Virus record (IMG/VR): IMGVR_UViG_2974716081_000001 | Source: a virus | Taxonomy: Duplodnaviria; Heunggongvirae; Uroviricota; Caudoviricetes | DNA: 64,000 bases | Reading direction: 5' to 3' (one strand) | In this document: piece by piece, positions 56,693 to 64,000 of the stretch | Numbering within the stretch: the stretch's first letter is position 1 | How the letters are laid out: each line of letters starts with the position of its first letter | Position numbers and translations under genes: made by a program | Notes under the pieces: model-generated | Database searches by the model: none | The model's input: the letters and a program-made list of their open reading frames with translations, nothing else | Told to the model about the DNA's origin: nothing

Positions 56693-57274
56693 TTACTGGA
56701 AGGCCCGAACAATATCGGAACTGTTATATATCGATGAACCGGTCAACTGGAGGTTGACGGTGTTTTTCAGGAAATGCCCATTACTATCCCTGGGGGCATC
56801 GAGATCGAAACTTAGGTCCTGGATAGCGACATCAATGATGTTGATCCGGCGACCAATGTTTAGCGTCACACGCTCCGGGATTCGACCACCAATACTGGCG
56901 TCTTTAAGTTCCGGGCTAATCATTGCTGACAACGCGGCGATAGCACCTGAAACTTCCGTATATGGGTTAAACAAAGCAATGAAAGTTACTGGCAGCGTGA
57001 AAGTCGGCGGTGTCCCCCCTTCCCAAACCATTAAGCTGTTCCAACGGGCAACTGACGTTGTTTCAGTACCAACCTGCGCAAAACCACTAAATGCACCAGC
57101 AACAGAACCCATAGACATGCCGGTAAACGGCGCTTCCCAATTCTGGGCCAGATTCATTGCCGCCCCCTGGCTGATATATCCGGTAACCTGGTACTGAGAG
57201 TTCGTTAAAGTAACTTTCAGAAATGGCGATACACCGTCAGCCTGGCTGTAAACCCCAAAAGGTATAGGTGCCAT
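56693..57274 (-). CDS. virion structural protein (PmgG-like)
   Basis: 193-aa ORF in the structural operon. Confidence 0.5.
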   Translation of the reverse strand: MAPIPFGVYSQADGVSPFLKVTLTNSQYQVTGYISQGAAMNLAQNWEAPFTGMSMGSVAGAFSGFAQVGTETTSVARWNSLMVWEGGTPPTFTLPVTFIALFNPYTEVSGAIAALSAMISPELKDASIGGRIPERVTLNIGRRINIIDVAIQDLSFDLDAPRDSNGHFLKNTVNLQLTGSSIYNSSDIVRAFQ

Positions 57275-57309
57275 TCAAGTTAAAGGCCGGAGTTCTCCAG
57301 CCTCCTCCT

Positions 57310-58125
57310 TTAGCCGAGGCGCTTACGGCGCAGTTTCATTGACTTTTTGCGGGCCAGTTTTGCCGCGCCGGTCTGGGCTTTACGACGCGCTTTTTTCAGC
57401 GCCGATTTTTGAGCCGCAGTCAGACGTTTTTTACGCAGACGTTTACGGATGAGTTTGATCTCACCGTTACGAACAACCTTCTTAAATGCTTCAGTCAGCA
57501 TTTCATCAGAAGTGCCAGCAACAACAAACGCCGCTTCCAGTTCGTCGCGGTCGTCGCTATCCAAACCAGCGATAGCGGAACCAACATCAGCAGCTGCGTC
57601 GTCGTCTTCATCGTCGGCCAGTGCTTCGATCAGGTCATCATCTACACCGCATGCTGCGAGGAAGTCAGCAACATTTGCCCATGCTTCGTTATAGGCATCG
57701 TCCTGTTCTTCTGTAACTTCGGTGTCGTCGTCGTCAGAGATACCAGCGATAGCCTGAACGAAACCATCAAGGGAGTCGAAAGTCAGATCACCGCTATCAG
57801 CCCAGGCGAAAACGGCATCGGCCGCATTACTCAACGCATTCTGCATAGCACTTCGATTTGCAGCTTCCAGAATCATCTGGTGCGCCTGTTCGACGGTCCA
57901 TTCTTTACCTTCTTTTCCTTCCAGGATTTGCTCAGGAGCCGGGGCAGATGGAACGTTATCGTTAGTCTGTGCCGCCGGTTCCGGATTATTATTAATAACC
58001 GGATCTGTTGGCGGTTCGGCGCTTGCTCGGGCAGACTCCATCAGCTGCACAGGATCAGAGTTCAAAGCGAAACGGGACAGTCCATTCCCCAAAAATGCCC
58101 CGGATTGAAAAAAGTTTTTGCTCAT
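57310..58125 (-). CDS. highly acidic protein with basic C-terminal tail (scaffold-like; P1 gene 21 position)
   Basis: 271 aa; D/E-rich middle, KRLRKKRLTAAQKSALKKARRK tail. Confidence 0.5.
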   Translation of the reverse strand: MSKNFFQSGAFLGNGLSRFALNSDPVQLMESARASAEPPTDPVINNNPEPAAQTNDNVPSAPAPEQILEGKEGKEWTVEQAHQMILEAANRSAMQNALSNAADAVFAWADSGDLTFDSLDGFVQAIAGISDDDDTEVTEEQDDAYNEAWANVADFLAACGVDDDLIEALADDEDDDAAADVGSAIAGLDSDDRDELEAAFVVAGTSDEMLTEAFKKVVRNGEIKLIRKRLRKKRLTAAQKSALKKARRKAQTGAAKLARKKSMKLRRKRLG

Positions 58126-58134
58126 TGTATTCCC

Positions 58135-59724
58135 TTACTTAATAAGCAGCGGTACGCCCTGGATACGACGGGCTACGCCAGTCGGGCAGCAGGCCCAGAC
58201 TACTTCCCATTTATCGAATTCCGCTTGCGTAACTTTCAGCACATACGGTTCTGTACCGTCAGCATCAGGATCACGAGGAGCCACCAGAGCGCCGGAGGCG
58301 ACAAAGCGATCCAAAAGTTTGGTCATCCCTTTAGTCAGACCAGCGGCAGTAATACCGTCAGGGCTATGCTTCATCTGGCGGGCTAACTGGACAAAGAAAC
58401 GGCTGATTGCATTCATCAGGGATGGGACGTGCTGGAAGTGCAGATAGTTATCCTGCGTGCAGCAAGTTAAAGCATCGTCGATGATCATCTGGCCAGAGGT
58501 GCCAACAGATACTTTATTGAGGCGGCCCTTAACCATTGCTTCTTCGTCCGGGGTATCTTCCGGATACAGCGGTTGAATTGACGCACGAGCAATGACGGCA
58601 CGTTCTTCACCAGCCGGTGAGTAATGCCAACCGCCGACATCAGAGTTTTTCTTGACGCCACGAGCTTTCGCCGCATACGCCGCGCCAGACAGACCGAAGA
58701 CCACACGGGATTGGGTCCATTTGTCTTTGCAGGAGAACGGGAAGTGATAGACAGCACAGCTTACATAATCGGTACCAAGTAAACCGGTATCTTCAACAGC
58801 AGAGAGCGCTTCCGTATACGTCAATGTCGGTTTGACATCAAAGAAGCCATCAATCAGGCGATCAGAACAGATATTACCTAACGCGGTGATCGCCGCATTG
58901 TCATAGCAACCCAGGCCGAGAACAGCGGTGTACATGTACGGCGCATTGTTCAGCACCTTAACCGCACGCAGGTAGGCTTCGGTGGAGATTTTCGACTGAT
59001 CGCCGTTGGTACCGCCAGTGAACGCCAGTGATTTTTTATTTGTTACTTTCGCGGTCGAAATCAGCTCTTCATTAACAACCGCGCGCAGATATTTAGAACG
59101 GGCTTCCAGAGCCGTAGGCAGATAACACAAGCGGCCCATGTCATCTTTCGCTTCTTCCGCCAAAGACACAGTGTGTGTCTCCAGGGTCGTTACCACACCG
59201 AGCGAAGTCGTCTGGGTCAGTTTTAAGAGGAAGCGTTCATTACCCGCGCTGTCCGCTGTTGCCGTTTCGATGGTTAACTCACGGGTAGGTGAAATACACG
59301 GATCACCATCATCAACGTAGATAGCAAAGGCTTCGCCGCTATCAAGTTCAATTTCAGAACCGTATGGCAACGCACTGTAAGCCGGTTCGCCTGATTCATC
59401 GAACATAATAATCGGGAACTTCGCATCATCCGGAACAGCACGGACAACATAACCAGACGTTTGCTGAATAGCTTCGTACACATGGCGAATTGGTTCGAAC
59501 TGTGAGCCGGAAGACGGCTTCAGCGGTTCGCCGAGAACATCTTCGTAATTGGACTCAGTAACCGCAAGAACAGTAAACGGCTTGCCACGCGCAAATACGC
59601 CAATACCAGCCCACAAGCTGCTATTTAATGCAACACCGGTAGATAACGTCGCATCGGCATTGATCGGGCTAACAGCGACGCCGGATGCATTACCTAATGA
59701 CTGTTGAATTGAATATTGAGACAT
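58135..59724 (-). CDS. contractile tail sheath protein (P1 gene 22-like)
   Basis: 529-aa ORF; size and position fit the P1 sheath gene. Confidence 0.65.
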   Translation of the reverse strand: MSQYSIQQSLGNASGVAVSPINADATLSTGVALNSSLWAGIGVFARGKPFTVLAVTESNYEDVLGEPLKPSSGSQFEPIRHVYEAIQQTSGYVVRAVPDDAKFPIIMFDESGEPAYSALPYGSEIELDSGEAFAIYVDDGDPCISPTRELTIETATADSAGNERFLLKLTQTTSLGVVTTLETHTVSLAEEAKDDMGRLCYLPTALEARSKYLRAVVNEELISTAKVTNKKSLAFTGGTNGDQSKISTEAYLRAVKVLNNAPYMYTAVLGLGCYDNAAITALGNICSDRLIDGFFDVKPTLTYTEALSAVEDTGLLGTDYVSCAVYHFPFSCKDKWTQSRVVFGLSGAAYAAKARGVKKNSDVGGWHYSPAGEERAVIARASIQPLYPEDTPDEEAMVKGRLNKVSVGTSGQMIIDDALTCCTQDNYLHFQHVPSLMNAISRFFVQLARQMKHSPDGITAAGLTKGMTKLLDRFVASGALVAPRDPDADGTEPYVLKVTQAEFDKWEVVWACCPTGVARRIQGVPLLIK

Positions 59725-59784
59725 AACTTTCCCTGTTATGCGCCCCGCACGGGGGCGCTATGTTAAACGGAGAACTTCCCCTGA

Positions 59785-61512
59785 TTACTCAGAGTCACCG
59801 GCATCAATCGTGTCGCCGCTTATAAAGTTAAGCCCGCCTTTTTTGGCCATTGTCAGCGTTACACGAGTGAAGTAATCAGCGCCGTTGCGTGGGTGCATAT
59901 CGTTGATAGCCGAACCCCACAGTGTGGTACGGTTGACCAGCGCCGGAGTGGTCGGATGCTGGAACGGGATAGCCGGGACAGCATCACCAGTCACAAAGCC
60001 TGCTTTACCCGGATTTTCATCACGGACGTAGCACAGCACATCCATCGAGCTGAACTGAATGTTCTCTGTCGTTAAGTTCTTACAAATACCAGCAGGTACT
60101 TCGTACACTTTCACGTTACCGAACAGGGTACCGATGTAGTGAACATACGGAGTCTGGATATAGTCTTCGGCTGGCTGGAAGAAATCCTTCGGCAACTGTT
60201 TGAAGAAAGATGCTGCATCAGCACCAGCAAACATCCCCATCGCACCAGAAGATTTAACGCGCTCAATAATGTCGCGATATACAGTCTGGAATTTGCCACG
60301 AATGATGGTTGCCCATACATCAAAGGACTGGTTAACCGGCAGAGCGATGTCAAAGGTGTCGGTCGCAAGAGTGCGCCAGATCATGATGCGAAGACGCAGC
60401 ATATCCTGTTCATGAGACAGGTATTCCTTCAGGGTGCGGAACTGTAGGGAACCCAGGTCCAGACCAAATTCACGCTGTGCTTCATACGCCGCCTGTACCG
60501 TGTGCTCAGCCGCGATAACGAACTGACTTGGGAACAGGGTGTATTTCTTCATTTCGTGGTTGATCAGCGGGATCAGCTCAGGAGCGGCTTCAATATTGAT
60601 TTCCGTCTCAATTGCGATCTCAGTGCCTTTATCCGGCGCTTTGGAGAACGACAGAGCAATCTGACCAATGTTGTAGTTCAGAGAGCAGGTAACAGTGATT
60701 TGCTCACCAGCAGCATTAGTAAACGAGTGAAGTAGGCTGCCGGAACCGTTATCAACAACAGACTTAATACGGTTAACGTAGATGTTAGTGCGACCTTTTC
60801 GGATTGGTACATTCTGGCCTTCGAAGTCTTCCATCTTGAAGGTTGCGGTTTTGCTGGTGCCATCGGAGCTTGCCACCAGCACATAGCGGCGACGTAACTG
60901 GCTGTACACACCGACGGATTGCATGTCCAGAACATCACCAGCAGCATAAGAACCAAAAGATGAACCTGCCACGTTAAAGACTTCATAGATGTCGGACTGG
61001 TCACGCGTAACCGGAATGAAGGTACACGCATCAGCGGTAGCTGCCCCCAACTGAACAGGCAGGATCATCGCGAGGAATAAAGGCAGACGCATAACACCGT
61101 CAGAAACGCTCATCATCTCTGCTGCGACGGATTCCAGCATCGCTTTATTAGTGGCATCCATGCTATTGCGGGTGGACTCAATCAGGCAGTTTTCCAGCGT
61201 CTGGTGGCAGGAGGCCAGAATTTCCGGACGCGGCATAGATTTATGTGCTGCGGCGTAGTCAGCCAGTGCACTTGCCCACGCGGTAGCAATTTGAGCGGTG
61301 GCATTATCAGAGATACCCGCAAAAATTGGGTCTTTACGTGCAGCTTCAAGGATAGATGCGGCACGCGCGGCATCATCTTTGATGAATTGGTTATCAGTAC
61401 CGAACTGTGCTGTACTTGCCCAGCCAAGAACGGCTTTAGAGCGTTTTGCGATATCTGCAATACGATTCTGGTATTCGCGTAAGTTACTCAAGTTACTCTT
61501 CCTTAAACACAA
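59785..61512 (-). CDS. major head protein (P1 gene 23-like); start codon uncertain
   Basis: 575-aa track ORF begins at TTG; an RBS-like AAGGAAG precedes a second TTG at about 61491. Confidence 0.65.
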   Translation of the reverse strand: MCLRKSNLSNLREYQNRIADIAKRSKAVLGWASTAQFGTDNQFIKDDAARAASILEAARKDPIFAGISDNATAQIATAWASALADYAAAHKSMPRPEILASCHQTLENCLIESTRNSMDATNKAMLESVAAEMMSVSDGVMRLPLFLAMILPVQLGAATADACTFIPVTRDQSDIYEVFNVAGSSFGSYAAGDVLDMQSVGVYSQLRRRYVLVASSDGTSKTATFKMEDFEGQNVPIRKGRTNIYVNRIKSVVDNGSGSLLHSFTNAAGEQITVTCSLNYNIGQIALSFSKAPDKGTEIAIETEINIEAAPELIPLINHEMKKYTLFPSQFVIAAEHTVQAAYEAQREFGLDLGSLQFRTLKEYLSHEQDMLRLRIMIWRTLATDTFDIALPVNQSFDVWATIIRGKFQTVYRDIIERVKSSGAMGMFAGADAASFFKQLPKDFFQPAEDYIQTPYVHYIGTLFGNVKVYEVPAGICKNLTTENIQFSSMDVLCYVRDENPGKAGFVTGDAVPAIPFQHPTTPALVNRTTLWGSAINDMHPRNGADYFTRVTLTMAKKGGLNFISGDTIDAGDSE

Positions 61513-61550
61513 GGCACTTGTGTGAATCCCTTTTCGGAAGAGATTTTATT

Positions 61551-61571
61551 GAAAGTCACTTGTTGACTTTC
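61551..61571. promoter_or_regulatory. inverted repeat GAAAGTCA-cttgt-TGACTTTC upstream of the head gene
   Basis: 8-bp perfect dyad; a related GTCACTTGTT motif occurs upstream of darB (about 21006). Confidence 0.35.
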
Positions 61572-61624
61572 TCGCTAAAAGTAATTTTTTAAATTTTTTG
61601 TGCGGGGGAGGGGGGCAAGTAAAA

Positions 61625-61715
61625 CAGGCGTGAAACCGTGGGAATTTCAGCCTGAAATTTTTCATGAATGTCTATATATATCATATATTTATACATGAAA
61701 TAGGCGCGGGACATT
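61625..61715. promoter_or_regulatory. parS: candidate parS centromere downstream of parB
   Basis: several ATTTCA(G/T)/TGAAA(C/T) heptamer-like boxes in both orientations around an AT-rich IHF-like core, including the perfect palindrome AATTTCAGCCTGAAATT. Confidence 0.45.
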
Positions 61716-61757
61716 TTAGACAGGGGAGGGGGCTAAAGCCGCCTCCCACCAGCGGGA

Positions 61758-62723
61758 TTATTCCCCAGCAGACATTTTCCCAATGATTTTTTTTATTGCT
61801 TCGTCAATTTCAGTTTGCACTTCAGACGGGAGTCTGGAGAACTCGTAGGCGACAACCCGTTTTTTCGGATCGGACTTCTTTCGGGCATATTGGCGACGGT
61901 CAGAGAAGTCTCGCAGCTTCTCAACCACCACAGATTTAACCGGCGCGGGCTTCAGGCTTTTGCTTTCCGCTTTGAAGATAGCCAGTATCTTCGCTTTATC
62001 CTCTTTCGCGCCCTCAGTCTCTGCAATTCGTTCGCGCACCGTATCAACCAGCTCTTCAATAGGCACGCTTTTAGCGTTGGCATCCTCGGAGATCTGGAGC
62101 AGTAACTGGTAATCTGGCAGGGCGAGATCGCTGGCAACAGGGAAGACAGCAATCATCTCATCCGGCACCGCTGCCGCCTGGAACGCGCGCGTAACTTTAG
62201 CCTTTGAAATGTTCTCAGCGCGGGCGATCTCTTCTTTGGTCATGCTCTTACCATACATAACCTCGAAGCGTTTACCCAGTTCGCGCAGGGTGTGTTCGCG
62301 GGCTGTCTGGATATCAATGGCCAGCTGGCGTGCATCCGCCAGGCTGATCTCATCTTTCGTCACCAGAATCTCAAATTTCGTTTCATTGAAGATACACGCA
62401 GCGCGGCGACGTGATCCGTCCAATACCTCAATGCGCTCCCCAACCATACGACCGATAGCCGGGAAGAACTGTTGCAATTTAATGGTGCGGGAAATATCGC
62501 TTACCGACTCAGGGGTGAGCAGAGACTGATCGCGGCCGTTAACTGCCGGGTCAACGAACGTGCGCGACTCAATCTCACCACTCAGCACAACGGTAAGCAA
62601 AAATTTAGCCTGGCGGCCAGATTTTAGGGTAAAGGTTTTGGTGCCTTCACTGCCTTCAAGCATGCGAGCAAACTCGGAGCTATTCTTGCCCAGCACTCGT
62701 CCACGGGAAACTATTTTTTTCAT
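61758..62723 (-). CDS. parB: ParB partition protein
   Basis: 321 aa; ParB box GSRRRAA and HTH region; downstream of and coupled to parA. Confidence 0.85.
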   Translation of the reverse strand: MKKIVSRGRVLGKNSSEFARMLEGSEGTKTFTLKSGRQAKFLLTVVLSGEIESRTFVDPAVNGRDQSLLTPESVSDISRTIKLQQFFPAIGRMVGERIEVLDGSRRRAACIFNETKFEILVTKDEISLADARQLAIDIQTAREHTLRELGKRFEVMYGKSMTKEEIARAENISKAKVTRAFQAAAVPDEMIAVFPVASDLALPDYQLLLQISEDANAKSVPIEELVDTVRERIAETEGAKEDKAKILAIFKAESKSLKPAPVKSVVVEKLRDFSDRRQYARKKSDPKKRVVAYEFSRLPSEVQTEIDEAIKKIIGKMSAGE

Positions 62724-63931
62724 GCCGCCTCACCCCTAACAAACTCAATTCGATCAAACACAGCCTTAGTGAAACGCTCGGCCTCGGTTCGTGCCTTCTT
62801 CAGCGCCTCTGCACTGCCTGGATACGATTGCGGGTTGGCACTGATTACGGTGTCGAAAGACTCGCCGCATCGCTCAAAGCCATCCAGACGAGGCAGAGAA
62901 GAGTCCAGAATGTTGCTGGCGTAAACCTCACGCGCAAGGCTGTGTGATGTCTCGTGATCGCGCTTGCCGGTCATCTTCGACATAAAACCAATGCTGGCGC
63001 TCAAACGCGGTTCTACGCCTTCCTCCTCCAGTTGCTCCAGCATTTCTGGCAGACGGGTGAGATATTTCAGTGTTGAGTGGAAGTCAACCTGGGCTGGTGG
63101 GGTAGGGGTAAGCAGCAAATCGCTGGCCGCCAGACCGTTGAGCAGGAACGGATCCAGGTGTGGACCGGTATCAATAAAGATAAAGTCATAATCATCCGCA
63201 ACACGATCAATGATATTGCGTCGAAGGATTTCGTACTGATTTTGTCCGGGAAGATGCTCTTCAACCAGCTCTTTCCATTGGCTGGCAACAAAGCCATCGT
63301 CGATAGAGGCTGGAATCACGTCTACGCCAGGAACGATGGTCGGACGAATCACCTCTTTGCGTAGCGTCTCCGCGTCCAGGTCGTTCAGCATCGCCTGCGC
63401 GGCGGTTTCCAGGATGGAACCAATACTGTGAGTATGGTCGAGGAACATTGTGCTGGATGCCTGAGGGTCAAGGTCAATTACCAGAATGCGCAGATCGTGA
63501 CGCAGTAAATCCTGATGCACACGCAGAGCGTGCGCCAACGTGACTGTGGAAACCGTTTTGGATACGCCACCCTTCAGGTTTACGACAAAAATAACGTAAG
63601 GCGATTTGTGAATGTCGCGATATTTGGGGATCTTACGGTGGGCATAGATATCAATGACGTTCTGGATGGTCAGCGCGTACTGTTCAACGTTACCGACCTG
63701 TTTCTTGTTGAACTGGTACCCATCATCTTCCATCTCTTTGATGGCCTGCTCCACAATGCGGCGGCTCAGCTTCGGCAACTTTGCCACAGCGTTACGAGTG
63801 AACGTCTGATAATACTCGGTCTGATTGAACTCTTTGCGCTGATCTTCAATATCCTGACTCATGGCCTTAAGTAATGCGCTTGCACGAAGAGCTATGGTGC
63901 CGACACCGCCGTAATCGCGTTTCATCATCAT
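62720..63931 (-). CDS. parA: ParA partition ATPase
   Basis: 403 aa; deviant Walker A KGGVSKT, DLDPQ and GFERCGESFDTVISANP motifs; regulatory N-terminal extension. Confidence 0.9.
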   Translation of the reverse strand: MMMKRDYGGVGTIALRASALLKAMSQDIEDQRKEFNQTEYYQTFTRNAVAKLPKLSRRIVEQAIKEMEDDGYQFNKKQVGNVEQYALTIQNVIDIYAHRKIPKYRDIHKSPYVIFVVNLKGGVSKTVSTVTLAHALRVHQDLLRHDLRILVIDLDPQASSTMFLDHTHSIGSILETAAQAMLNDLDAETLRKEVIRPTIVPGVDVIPASIDDGFVASQWKELVEEHLPGQNQYEILRRNIIDRVADDYDFIFIDTGPHLDPFLLNGLAASDLLLTPTPPAQVDFHSTLKYLTRLPEMLEQLEEEGVEPRLSASIGFMSKMTGKRDHETSHSLAREVYASNILDSSLPRLDGFERCGESFDTVISANPQSYPGSAEALKKARTEAERFTKAVFDRIEFVRGEAA

Positions 63932-64000
63932 CTCCTTATCATTTCGTATGAGTGAATTGTACGTTTGATTCTGCTACGTGCAACTTTTTTTGATTCGTGC

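Overview
This window reads as the left ~64 kb of a P1-family temperate phage-plasmid (P1/P7-like), starting inside loxP. Calls rest on my own reading of the sequence and the ORF track; no database search was run, and hand-counted coordinates may be off by 1 nt. Recognised content, in order: loxP/cre; ref with a Tn3-family blaTEM-1 transposon inserted in its 3' end (5-bp TGAAA duplication); an AT-rich Type III restriction-modification pair (res/mod); the darB antirestriction giant gene with two small downstream genes; portal/prohead protease; SAR endolysin; ssb; an OmpC-family porin gene followed by ~730 bp of AT-rich non-coding DNA; the darA operon with lydA/lydB holin-antiholin; cin and the invertible C segment carrying alternative tail-fibre ends (Sv'/U' silent, S/U expressed); tail fibre, baseplate and sit genes; an envelope-protein pair; the immI region (c4 RNA candidate, icd, ant); kilA-repL; an AT-rich two-gene module led by a DUF3800-like protein; tail/head structural genes; and parS-parB-parA. 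Five matches to the C1 operator consensus were found. Most noteworthy: (1) the expressed U gene carries an in-frame TAG where the silent paralog U' has Trp; (2) the transposon sits 6 codons before the natural ref stop, giving a Ref fusion; (3) a porin gene with a perfect CRP-type palindrome upstream; (4) two AT-rich gene pairs of unknown function that are the best candidates here for an undescribed defence or exclusion system. P1 gene names for structural and small genes are assigned by size and position and are hedged.
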